A stretch of 64,000 nucleotides of DNA from Octopus vulgaris. Lineage: Eukaryota. Location of the stretch: the NCBI GenBank assembly GCA_951406725.2, contig OX597820.1, positions 56,420,001-56,484,000 on the forward strand, given 5' to 3'. Made by a program: the position numbers and the translations under genes. The notes beneath the pieces were generated by a model, which had not been told where the DNA came from, made no database searches, and saw only the letters and a program-made list of their open reading frames with translations. Positions 41,771 to 55,167 of the stretch are shown one piece after another (the first letter of the stretch is position 1; every line of letters begins with the position of its first letter).

Positions 41771-42012
41771 ATTCTTTTATTCTTTTACTCGTTTCAATCA
41801 TTTGACTGCGGCCATGCTGGAGCACTGCCTTAAAGGGTTTTAGTCGAAGAAATCGACCCAGGACTTATTCTTTGTAAGCCTAGTACTTATTCTATCGGTC
41901 TCTTTTTGCCGAACCGCTAAGTTACGAGGACATAAACACACAAACATCGGTTGACAAGCAATGGTGGGGGTGGGGTGAGGGACCAGTACAGTCACAAAAA
42001 CACACACATAAA

Positions 42013-42877
42013 TCTATATACATAAATGTGTAATGGTGTCTGTTTATGCGTGTGTTTGGGGTCACTCTAACTCTTCCCACACCGTCCAACCGATTTTAAT
42101 GATTTTTAGCACATAGCTAGATCACGTGCCCTGAAGTTCAAATAAGGCCGGAATTTTTCGAAAACTCGCTAATGCTCAGTTAACATCGATTTTTGTGAGC
42201 TCAATCGGGCGTTTGAATGGAAATTCTCATAACGATGTAATTTCACCTGCAGCTTTTGCATTTTTTGTCCGATTTAGATGAAAATCGATGAGTGAGCGAG
42301 GCTCATGGCAGTAAGTTGATTTCAGTATATGGCGTTCACAAGAAATCTATAATTGCCCCTGAGCAGTGGTTTTATATAATCAATAGCCTTTTTGCATGCA
42401 AATACCCATAGGGATTTTATTTTTGGCCGTTACTTTTATATTTTTCATCTGATTTTAATGAAATTTGAGATTTAGGTAAATTTTATGGTAGGGAGACGGT
42501 AAAGGTTTTAATTTGATTCCAGACGAATCGGAAGGGCACAGGCGTGTATCAGCTTTTTTCAGAGACTATTCTATCGATTTTTAAGATATGTTACACGTGA
42601 TTACAGTTCATGTCCGTAAGTTGAATGCGTCATGTAGAGTTGACAAAAAATCGATAATTGCGCGTGAGCAGGGGGATATTATAAAATTAATAGACATTTT
42701 GCGTGCAATTGGACTACACTCCAATCAACCCGGGAATTATCGGGTACCTCTGCTAAAGTACCTCGAACATGACGTCATCCGAAAGATTCAGAAAGAAATT
42801 TCATCAAGCAACAGTTATAACGGCATAGGCTTATCCTTAACATAGAAAACCCGAGCAACGCCGGGTACAACAGCTAG
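42013..42877 (+). mobile_element. Non-autonomous Helitron
   Basis: 5' TCTATATACATAAA; 3' hairpin cccgagcaacgccggg + CTAG; no TSD; sits inside a SINE microsatellite. Confidence 0.78.
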
Positions 42878-42935
42878 AATACACACACACATATATATAC
42901 GATATATATATCTATATCTATATCTAACTATTTAT

Positions 42936-43027
<92 letters not shown>

Positions 43028-43300
43028 ATAGTTAATCCAAACATGAACAAAGAGAAAACACAACAACGCGAAGACGTGGAACAAGTATAGTGTTATTGGA
43101 CGTTCAGGAAAGGAAAGAAAGAAGGAGGATTTAACGTTTCGAGCGGAGCTCTTTGTCAGAAACATAGAAAAAGGAAAGGTCCAATGAAGGGAAGACGGAG
43201 AAAGAAAATCGCCAACGATACTCACGCGGTCACATATTGAAGTGTATATATATATACATACATACACACACACACACACACATACACACATACACACACA

Positions 43301-43413
<113 letters not shown>

Positions 43414-43661
43414 ATATATATATATACGATGGGCTTCTTTCAGTTCCCTTCTACCAAAGTGCCACGATGACGACCACACTGTTCATCATGTAATACATAC
43501 AGAAAGGAAAGGTGCACATACTATTTCGAGCGAACAATAACTATAGCACCTGATATCACAGGGCTGAAAATGAGGTCAATTGGTTCGTTTCTAGGTTTGT
43601 TAAACCCTCATCAGAGAAGGAATACTAGTTTTTGTTCTGTGAATAGTACCTTAAATGTATG

Positions 43662-43696
<35 letters not shown>

Positions 43697-45852
43697 ACTC
43701 AGCCAGAACTATATTTGTCTGTCTAATTTGCATGGCTCTGCAGGCGCTGAACCCAAGAATTAATGAATTAATTAGAAGTGCACAAAACAGTATCTTGTGA
43801 GGAACATTGAAATTTTTTGACAAATCTTTAATAAGTAGAATTTGATCTCATTGTGAAAAGTGATCGAAGTGGTTACAGTTATAGATTTATTTCACCGTGA
43901 GTAAGAAAAAAAATGGAATGGTCGACTGGTTTCTGGTTTTGTTAATGCTTATTCAGGAAAGTCTACTAATATATTCTGTTCACAAAAAGAATAGTGGCTC
44001 ACAGTTATTTAAAATATATACAAACTTGGGGAAAACTAAATTGGTCTGTCTAATTACATTACAGTGCATTCACTGAATTTTTCACTGACGATGGCTTACC
44101 AAAACCAGAAACTAAATCGATCGATTTATTTTTCTGCTAATGCCACTCCGTCGGTTACGACGACGAGGGTTCCAGTTGATCTGATCAACGGAACAGTCTG
44201 CTCGTGAAATTAACGTGCAAGTGCCTGAGCACTCTACAGACACACGTAGCCTTAACGTTGTGCTCAGGGAAATTCAGCGTGACAGAGATTGTGACAAGGC
44301 TGACCCTTTGAAATGCTGGTACTACACATTTTTGCCAGCTTAGTGGACTGGAGCAAGGTGAAATAAAGAGTCTTGCTCATGAATACAACGCGTCGCCTGG
44401 AACTGATTTCACGACCTTACGTTCGTAAACCGAATGGCCCTAATCACTAAGCCACGCGCCTTCACTTCTGCTAATTGAGATAAACATATAGTGTAGCCAC
44501 TTTGTTTCCCTTTCACAGCGTGGCTAAATCAAATGCCTACTAAAGGCTTACGTTTCATTTAAAATGATATAGACACCAAAAAAGATTCACAAAGAAGTAT
44601 ATCCAAACACATTAAATATCCGAAGATGACATTGTTATGGCACTGTGGCAAGATAGTAGCATGATAGTCATAACCAAATCAACTCTACCTTACCGACAGA
44701 GATAGGTGGTTATCATCATTCTCATCATACGGATACAGCAAACAACCCAAACAGTTTATCCTGTGAAAGTAGTTGACCAATGGTTTGACTGAAGAAATTT
44801 CTAGGCTGCTCACAAAGGAATATTACTTTTACAATATCCAGGAGCGATTAGAAAGACTGCAGGTTATAAAACCTGACTAGCGACTAAGTTCAAATAAATA
44901 TCTGAATAAACTCTACTCCACGTATTGGCTTAGTGGTTAGAGTGTTGGACTCATCATCGTAAGATTGTGGGTTCGATTCCTGGACCGGGCGATGCATTGT
45001 GTTCTTGAGTGAAACATTTCATTTTACGTCGCTCCAGTCCACTTACCTGGCAAAAATGGGTAATCTTGCGACGGACCCGTCCAGGGAGGAATATATACGT
45101 CAGAAAAACCGTGAAACCGGCCCTGTGCTCCTTACGGAGTCATGTGGATTAACCCCACGCATTAAGGAATGGTACGAACGAGATTCGGTTGTTTATTTAT
45201 TGATGGTCAATTAACCAAATAACGGCTCTGTCATTAACTCCTGTAGGAAATGCTGTCTCATAAAGCTATGGAGTGGATCAAAAGTGGGTGAAAGGAAAAG
45301 AAGAAACAAAGTCATAGCCAGGATAGAACTCAAGTGTCTGCAGTTGATGGAGGGCATTGTGAGAAAAAGAAAGAAAAAAAAAGAGAAGCAAGTAAGCTAC
45401 AGAGGTAGAAGAAACTCGCTGCCTGATGTTACGTTGGAGTTAAGCAGATATCAATAACCCATATACACGCACACTTGAAATGGCCTAAAGTAATATTAAA
45501 AACCACAAATGAAATAAACTACTACACAAAAAGCCATAATAAAAAAATAAAATAACTAAAAGAACATGAGACCAACCAATAAGAGGTATGAAAAAAATAA
45601 ACACACTCACACCGATGAGTATCAGGTCTCGCTTGATGAACGCTGTGGCATGAAACTAGAGTTGCGAGAAAGGAACTCAATTTAAGTAAAACATATTCTC
45701 TGAATCATGTATTGAGTACTGCTTTCTTTATCTGTCGATGAACAATAAATTTCGAAAAATTCTCATACACGGACACACGTGTATTAAAAAGAAAATGAAT
45801 CTATGGACGTATGCACACACACAGACACAGACACAGACACACGTACACACAC

Positions 45853-45933
<81 letters not shown>

Positions 45934-47670
45934 TACGTGTGTGTATGTGCGAATACAAAAATTCAATTTAAAAGAAATTGTGTGTATATGTGTGTGTCAG
46001 AAACTTATCACTTGTTCTTCGGCCTTTAGTGCAATTCTGCTGTTGTTAAGCAAACCCCAGAATGCAGAACAAAAACAGAAAAAAAAAAATAGGGTAAATA
46101 GGAAGTGATCTTTAAAATCTCTGGACGAAGTAGTTCAGAATATATCTTTAACTTTCATCATAGTTTACGATATCTATTTATTTATTTATTATGGTAAAAA
46201 GCCTTGAGGAAATCTCGCTGTTTAACCACATTATCCCAGGACGTTAATGCTTTTCCTATTTGGTATCAGAATATAGCTTTGTAGTGGTGGTAGTAGGGAA
46301 AATAAACGAGACAGTAAGACGCCAGACCAAATTTATTGTAAAATATTTTCTGCTATCTCATTTGCTTCTGATTTGAAGTGTCAGCGGTGTCAAATTTTCC
46401 CTTTTACTAAGAAAATAGAATTAGTTAATTCGTTTGATCTATTGTGTGTTAGGTAAACTTTTTTTTCGTTCGCTTAACGTCTAATCTACGCTGCTGGATG
46501 GTTAAGCCCGGATTTCGATATAGATTCATACAGTCTGACTGAGGGTGTGCATGTAGTCATGACTAAGCAAAATATACATGCTAGAAATAACAGCCAAATA
46601 TTACTCAAACCTCAACCTACTCTCTTAGGCAGTAGGTAAAAACAAAAACAAATACAATATAAATTTGATATCAATAATCAAATACATACTGTTCATTTTG
46701 CATACGTATGCATATATAGGTTTATGAATGTACAAATATATGCCTCTGCATTTGGTCATTTTTCCGATTTATGTGGATGTATGAGTGTGTATGTATATGT
46801 GTGTGCGCGTGCCTGTCCATATGTATGGAAAGGGATCTTTGCACCAATCTATTGTTTAATATATTGCGACGTATTTCTGGAAAAAGTAAAAGAAGTTGAG
46901 ACGATTGTGACTTAAATTGTGCTCTTTATAGCTCACAGCGATCATGGCTTATTTGCGGATAAGCAAGAACAACAGGATCCACAGGTCTAGCAACGAAATA
47001 CGAAACCATAACTGCTAATCCTGTATTTTATAATGAACTGAAATGTGAATTTACCTATAATCATAACATTGTAGCAAAATCCTTGGTGTTTTTTTTTTAT
47101 GGAATTTTTTTCTGTAGAAAGAAAACTTCATCCTATATTAGTAGTAGACTTATTACTACTCGCTATAGGGACTGGTAACCACTATAACATGTAGTGGAGA
47201 ACAGTCAACACGTTGTGCTGAGGCTGACCAAAGAATTTTATTTTTAGATATATCTGGGGTACTTATATGTGCTCATGATTTTTGCTTCGGCTTTTTCCAT
47301 GGGCGCATGTAAGTATCTTATTTATATCCTTTCGTATGTTCTACTGAGGAGGAAAGAATCTTTTATGAGATCAATTCCGAAATTGATTCAATATAGAAAT
47401 AACGAACTTTTAAAAAAAATTCTAACGGCCGGCTTGCCCGATTACAGTTCTTCGAGTTTTTTTTTCTGTAGCGGGTAAATAATGTGTGGAAATTGACGAT
47501 GTAATAGTCTATTATCAGCATATTGGCATTGAAATAATTTTCTTTAGTCCTCACGTATAAGTTGTTTATAATTTTAACCGTAAAGGTATTTTAATATGCT
47601 GCCACATTTTTTGATGGAATTTTTTTCTGTAGAAAGAAAACTTCATCCTATATTAGTAGTAGTAGTAGTA

Positions 47671-47721
<51 letters not shown>

Positions 47722-47768
47722 GTATACACACACACACACACACACACAGAAGTATATATCTATTCATG

Positions 47769-47821
<53 letters not shown>

Positions 47822-47923
47822 AATATATATATGTATATGTATAGATATTTTTTCTTTATATAGCGTAGCAGCAACAACAAAGTATTGATATTGATACATG
47901 GTATATATGTATATGTATATGTA

Positions 47924-47962
<39 letters not shown>

Positions 47963-49340
47963 TCACGCAAATGTATATGTATATATGTGTGTGTGTGTTA
48001 TTTTTCTCTATATAACACAGTGTTTTTAACATTAAAAAGAAATATTTTTTCTTATAATTTCCTGTTAGGTTTTAATAAAACTGTGAAGTACAACCATTGA
48101 TCATCAAAGATATTCTACTTAACCCAGCAATCTTTCGCATTTTCTTGTCTATGTAAATTCATTCAAATATTGTGTCAAGATGATAGATCAATGAGCTCAG
48201 TCATAACAGCTGTGTAGACTCCTTTCAGTCATAGCATAACATCCATTTCTCGTTATGCGTTATGCTTTTGAACGTGTGTGGGCGTGTGTGTATTTATGTT
48301 TGTCTGTCTGTCTGTATTCTCTGCCTATCTGTCTGTCTGTCTGTCTGTCTCTGTCTCTCCCTCTCTCTCTATATATATATACTTACATGCATACATATAT
48401 ACGTAGGTGTGTGAGTGTGGAGGAGCGTGGCTTACTGGTTAGGAGTGTTGCTTTTATGATCGTAAGAATGTGGGTTCCATTCTTGTGCTGGTCGAGGCAT
48501 TTTATTCTTGAGCTAAACACTTCATTTTACGTTATGCTATTCCACTCAGCTGATAAAATTGAGTGACCCAGCGACGGATTGGGGAACCGGCTTTATAAGC
48601 CTACAGCTGGAGAAGGACTTCGGCCCTTTTTCGATATAGCTATATGCATGCGTAGGCGTGGCTGTGTGGTTAAGAAGTTTGCTTCCCAACCACATAATTC
48701 TAGGTTCAGTCCCATTGCGCAGCACCTTGGGTGAGTGTTTCCTAGTATAGCCTCGGGCCCACCAAAGCCTTGTGAGTGGATTTGGTAAACGGAAATGAAA
48801 GACGCCGTCGTGTGTATATATATATATATTTTTTTTTATTATTGCCCACAAGGGGCTAAACATAGAGGGGACAAACAAGGACAGACGAAGGGATTAAATC
48901 GATTACATCGACCCCAGCGCGTAACTGGTACTTAATTTATCGACCCCGAAAGGATGAAAGGTAAAGTCGACCTCGCCGGAATTTGAAATCACAATGTAAC
49001 GGCAGACGAAATACGGCTACGCATTTCGCCCGGCATGCAAACGTTTCTGCCAGCTCGCCGCCTTATTTATATGTGTGTATATATATATATATGTCATATA
49101 TATATATATGTCATATATGTGTGTGTGTGTGTATGTGTCTTTGTGTCTGTGTTTATGCCCCACCACCGCTTGACAACTGGTGTTGGTGTGTTTACGTCCC
49201 TGTAACTTAGCGGTTCGTCACAAGACACCGACTGAACAAGTATCAGGCTTTAAAAACAAGTACTGGGGTCGATACATTCGACTAAAAATATCCTTCAAGG
49301 CGTTGCCCCTGCATGGCCGCTGTCTGATAACTGAAACAAG

Positions 49341-49404
<64 letters not shown>

Positions 49405-50366
49405 CAATTTAAATAATTTGGGAAAAACGAATTTCCAAATCAATCAGGGATCAATCAGGTACAACCCTTTAGCATTACATACTTCTGCATATTATACAGT
49501 GGGGTCTTGATTATCATGTATTTATATATTTATCTAGAAATATACAAAATATATAATAGAAATCAATAATAATTCTGTTTTGGGGATTAATAGATATGCG
49601 GGTAATACTGAACCCCGCCCCTTAAATCTAATAATCAGACACTTTTGATTTCTACAATACTTGAAAAATTATATAAATCTTAAATAAATAAATTAATAAA
49701 TTAAATATTACTAAAAATTATATTATAACAAATTATATATATCCCCAACATAGTTAGATGGAAGATAATAATAGAAGATAATTTAAATTAACTCTGCATA
49801 GTAGAATTACTCCTCTTTGCACTAATCATCTATAAATTCCCATATTGCTCTGCTATCTTCCCTTTCTCTAATCGCCATTTTGAAAGTCATCTTGGTTCCA
49901 TCAAAAGAGGATGTGTATCTGCATTTTTTATGTTATTTTTCACATTTAATTACAGACATTTTTATTCTGATGTATATTTTATAACTTATAATTTGTATTT
50001 GACATTATGTACTTGACTTTGTAAGTTTGATATATGTATACTAATTCATATTTATAATGCATAATTTATAATTTTTAATTCTTAATGTTATAAAGTATAA
50101 TTTTAAATTTTTAATGTTTGATTTGATGTGTAGTTAAACGCTTAATTTTAAGGTGATGTAAAATTAGATTAACAATATTTTGAAAAAGAACCTGATGTGT
50201 TTGTAGAATTGTAAATCTGATGATTACACACACACACACACACACACACGAACCTGTGTCCATTATAACCTTTGAACAGGGGAGGTCAGCCGCTGTATTC
50301 CACTGATTTTAGGTAAATAATCCTTCGAACAGACGGTCAGTAGCGAAGCCTGCTGGGTTCGGCTAC

Positions 50367-50409
50367 TCTACATTGATAAGGGCCAAATACACTGAAACTA
50401 GTCTGTAGA
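50367..50409 (+). ncRNA. Minimal hammerhead-like motif (U3-A8 core variant)
   Basis: tctaca TTGATAA ... GAAAC-TA-GTC tgtaga; palindromic actagt stem III; stem II weak. Confidence 0.55.
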
Positions 50410-50666
50410 TGCCGGACCAGCAAAGGAAAGCCGCTGACACAGGTGACAATGGACACAGGTTCGTGTGTCACATAGCTAGCTAGAGGCGATGGCCCCTTGG
50501 AGCTAATCAACGGCAGCATTCGTCCTATTTTTCTAGACTGCCACGTTAGCTTGGCGATAACTATTAATATCCAGTACCGCTGCCGTAGTCCTTTAGAGAG
50601 ACTTAGAAATAATAATATATATATACATATATATATATATATGTATATGTGTGTGTGTGTGTGTGC

Positions 50667-50726
<60 letters not shown>

Positions 50727-51078
50727 GTATATATATACAAGGATATCCAGAGGTAATGCAGTACGATCGTTTCATGCGACTCCAGTTACAACTATGATGT
50801 TATTGATGAAACATGTTCTTTGTCTAGCTATTTATCCTCTTTGTGATTTTGGTTAATAGAATAGCTATACAAATGAATCCTTTGAATTTAACTAAATTCT
50901 ATATTTTTATGCAGCTGAAGATTGCTCTACATTTTAAAACTGATGTAATATTTGCATTGTTCAATTAAATGAAACGATCATATTGCATTACCTCTGGATA
51001 TATTTGTTGCTTATTTTGATTGTAATCACTCCATTTTGAATTATGAGTTATTGAAGTATGAGTTATTCTGCAGATTGA

Positions 51079-52454
51079 CTGCAGAATAACTCATACTTCC
51101 CTTATCATAAACCTTCTACTAATCTTAAGTATATCAGCATTTTCAGTAATCATGCCAAGCCAATTACCGATAATTTAGTTAAAAACATTTCTCTGAGACT
51201 GTCAAAATTATCTGCTAATGTCGACATCTTTAACCAAAAAGCGGAATTCTATTAGACCGCCTTCTCAAGAGCCGGTTATAAGGAAAAAGTATCATACATC
51301 GACCCAGCTCATTCTAACCCAACATATGCTTCTCAAGATAAGAAAACCACTCGTAATAAAAATAATGATTTCAATTCTAATAGTGCCAGCACCCCTGTAC
51401 ATAAGGTAAATCCTTTACGGACTAGGGGAGGTAAGCGCCACCCAACTTCAAATTTCCAACACAGAAATTTTCCCCTTACTGTCACAAATAACACTAGGAA
51501 CAATTCAAAGTCTACAAAAAACTGTATCTGGTTTGTAATACCTTTCGGAAAACAAATCAAATCGAACCTTCCCTTACAGTTCCGTGAAGCCATTGCTAGG
51601 AACTTTCCCAGTAATTCTAGATATCATTCTATTATCAATTCACACAAGGTAAGAATAGCATTCTCTAACACTAAGAATCTTTCGCAAATTATTGCTTCCC
51701 ATAATAACAAGCTGCTAAACAAAGATTCTTCACCCGGGGGTTCCAACACTAATCTTACTAATTCCAACCCATCATACAATCATAATAATAGAAATAGTAT
51801 TGATAGTAACAGCATTCGTAGCAGCGTTAGTGTTAGCAATGATAATATTAATAATAGTATTAGTCGGGTTGATAACAACGGGAATGTTGATGGTAACAAC
51901 AACAACGGTACTATTGTCGGGGATATAGCTGGTTGTAGTGCAATTAATAATAATAATAATAATAGAAATAGTGTAGTTGTTAACGCTAGTAGTAATAAAA
52001 ACAACAATCATAACAATAAAAACTCCGTTTCGATCTCGGAGGAGAACCCTAACAGATTAAAATTTTTGTCCAGTAATTCCAAAATTAAGAATTCCATTTC
52101 CAAGTGTAGAATTTCTTCCGGTGCCGATGTCTTCTACTATATAGGTGCGACAACTTCTCAGTTATCCAAGAGAATTTCTAATCATTATTCGACTTTCCGA
52201 GATAAGAAAAACGACATAGTACAGGACTGAGTAAATTAGTTTGGCGTCTTAAAGACAACAATATAACTTTCAAGTTGGATTGGTTTATATTGTCTGTATC
52301 CTTTCCTTTTGATAAGGGCAGAAAATTTTGTTACATTTGTAATTCTGAACTCTTCTATATCCTTTTCGCCAAGGTTCCCCTAGTAAACACACTCATAGAA
52401 AAATCGTACAAATATAAGCATTGGCAAAAACACACTTACCACTCATATAAATAA
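51079..52454 (+). mobile_element. Penelope-like element, 5'-truncated ORF: RT thumb/linker + GIY-YIG endonuclease
   Basis: FPYHKPSTNLKYISIFSNHA...LRLSKLS...CIWFVIPF...IIASHNNKLL...YYIGATT...KRISNHYSTFR...LSKLVWRLKD...CYICNSE; stop at 51253-51255 and a frameshift near 52210. Confidence 0.9.
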
Positions 52455-52970
52455 TATAGATAACCACTTTAGTTTTAACAATTAGCTTCACGTCCACACC
52501 ACTACCATAGACAAATTCTTTCCTATGCCTTCGAACTTTCTGCTCCGTTATATGTTCCATTGCTACTAAATTTCTTTGACGTATGTTTATATATATCTCT
52601 CTCTCCCTCTCTATAACACGCACGATCAAACACACAGACACAAATTTTACACCTTACTACTAAGTATATTTGACGTTTGTCTCCCTCACACACACAATAA
52701 CACATACACACACACAGACACAAATGCAGTTATATACACACACTCATACACATACACAAACACTCGCACTCATTAACACAAGCACACACCCGCATATCCC
52801 CATACATACAGCATACATATTGTCTCCTACCTATTTTTACTACTCCCTCCTTCTACCCATTTTTGACGTCATTGCTTATAACGGATTATTTTAGAAAAAC
52901 ACTCATTATCACTGTGGTCACCATGTAGGCAATCATCAAAAATTTTGTTCGTCTTGTGGCTGAAAGAGGC

Positions 52971-53067
52971 TCCTTATCTTTCCTGATGAGAAGATGGCAT
53001 AATGCACCATTTATTCCTTCGGAATTAAAAGTATGCCGTCTTCGAAACATGTGTCGAGAGTAAAGGA
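52971..53067 (+). ncRNA. Type I hammerhead ribozyme in the Penelope 3' terminal region
   Basis: Stem I ctttc/gagag (extendable tcctt/aagga), CTGATGA at 52983-52989, 12-bp stem II gaagatggcata/tatgccgtcttc, GAAAC-atgt-GTC; predicted cut after 53055. Confidence 0.85.
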
Positions 53068-53254
53068 ATTTTGTTAAAATCTTCGTTCGACTCCATTCTT
53101 TCATTTATTCATATAAATAACACACAAATTTCCACACAAGAACCCGGAGTTTCTACCCTTGACAGGTCGCTTCAACCGTGTTTTCTGACGTGAATTTGCT
53201 ACCCAGGTATCGGTTAAACGAATTTTCCATGCTAGGATAATTCATTCACCTACT

Positions 53255-53389
<135 letters not shown>

Positions 53390-53646
53390 GTGTGTACAAA
53401 TATTATAATCTTTCAATACTGAAATACGTGTAGTTCCTTCATAATTGATAATTTTAATTTTAACTTAAGTAGGAGATAATTAAGGAAGTATATTTTATAC
53501 CCTGCTGGTTATCCTGATTATATCCTTTAAAGTATTATTTCGTGATGTGCAAATAGATAGCACGAGTTTACCTTCAGATATACTCATTAGGTTTTTTTTT
53601 GTATTATCTGAAATAGAATACCCGCATATTTATTAAGCCTCAAAAG

Positions 53647-53723
<77 letters not shown>

Positions 53724-53928
53724 CAGGGTGGCTCAAAAGTAGGTTTACAGTTATTCTCTTTCGCATTCTTATATTAACAGTTTAGATCTTAATTATTAAA
53801 AAATATGAAACCATTGTTCTATGCTAATTTAGTTAATTGTAAGATAGAAATTTAAATGTAATAAAATATTTTAAAAGAAATTTAAAGTGCCTACGTGATA
53901 CCTGTAAACCTACTTTTGGGCCGCCATG
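53724..53928. mobile_element. Tc1/mariner-type MITE
   Basis: TIR cagggtggctcaaaagtaggtttacag / ctgtaaacctacttttgggccgccatg. Confidence 0.75.
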
Positions 53929-53993
53929 ATAGATCGTTAGCTCCTACACGCATTTTTTCTCTCCTTGTTTCTAACCTTGTTTTTTTCTGTGTA

Positions 53994-54031
53994 TCTTTCT
54001 GTCGAAGAGCGTAGGCTCGAAACGTAAAAGA
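53994..54031 (+). ncRNA. Minimal hammerhead-like motif with CUGUCGA core (second copy 58494-58531)
   Basis: tcttt CTGTCGA a gagc-gtag-gctc GAAAC GTA aaaga. Confidence 0.55.
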
Positions 54032-54140
54032 CTTGTTTTATTTCTATTCCTGAGCGCCATACTAATACAATTGTTTGTTTGTACTCCACCTGCCTTCGTC
54101 TTTTGTTTATTTTCGTAAACCTTCCCGTTATATATATATA

Positions 54141-54480
54141 CAGTGATACCTCGCAGTACGAGTTTAATTCGTTCCATGGCCGAGCTCGTCTTACGAGTTA
54201 CTCGTTTTACAAATCAATTTTCCCCATTGAAAGTAATTAAAATATAATCAATCCGTTCCAGCCCCGCAAAATCACTCAAAAATAATCTTTTATGGGTTTT
54301 AAAACAGAAAAGTAAAATGACAATTATGAAAAAGTGAATGCATAAGAAATATGTAAACTGGTTTTATTAACTGAATTATCTTAAAGATGGGACGATTTGT
54401 GTGCTAGTACTGCGGATTTCCGCTCATACTTCAGGACGAAAATACCCACCAGCCTCAGCTCGTACAGCAAATTACTGCAC
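54141..54480 (+). mobile_element. Tigger/pogo-like MITE remnant
   Basis: TA + cagtgatacctcg...acgagtttaattcgttcc left end; right end degraded. Confidence 0.5.
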
Positions 54481-55167
54481 TATATGAGTGGACAAGCGTA
54501 AGAATGAAACACTCAACACATTTAGTAGCAGTTATACATATAATTTAAAGCAGTTTTATTCGACTCGTGCGTCATAAAGTTTCGTAGGTTTCACACAGAA
54601 GCCTCTCTCGTCGAGTTAAGTTAGCCGAATGGAGAGATGCACGCCGAATTTACGTTTTGTTTTCAAATTTTGTCAAGGTCGATTTTGCCTTTCCTCCTTC
54701 CGGGGTCAATAAAACAAGTACTAGTCGTGCACTGGGGTCCATAGATTGATTAGTAGATAGATAGAAACAGACACACAGGCATGTAATCGACTTACACCCT
54801 CCCTCAACGTTTCATCCCTTGTGCCTGTAGTAGAAAGGATTACTTATAGCTTTAATCTACTTCGATCTTCACTCCATATCGCTCGAAATTTCTTAAAAAA
54901 GGTATGGGAAAACGGTAAAGGGGATATCCTTAAAATATCAAGGAATAAGTAAGGAGGAAGATGGAGGAAAACGCAAAGTTAACAGAAGATCGGAAAAGAT
55001 GGGTTGAGGTGGGGATAGTTTGTCACTTTCAGGGAACTTACGATTTCACAAGACTGGGTGTTTTATTGATAATTGTTTAAGTACACTTACCCTTATTCCT
55101 ATCTAATCAGTCTGTCGATCTATCTGTTTGTCCGTCCGCTTGTCTGTCTATCTATCTACCTGCCTAT

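Noticed and set aside
47099-47666. ~50-bp direct repeat (near 47099 and 47614)
   Set aside because: No LTR hallmarks (TG..CA, PBS, TSD); probably a local duplication or TE fragment
49400-50225. Possible second Penelope remnant on the minus strand
   Set aside because: Too AT-rich and degraded for any motif I can defend
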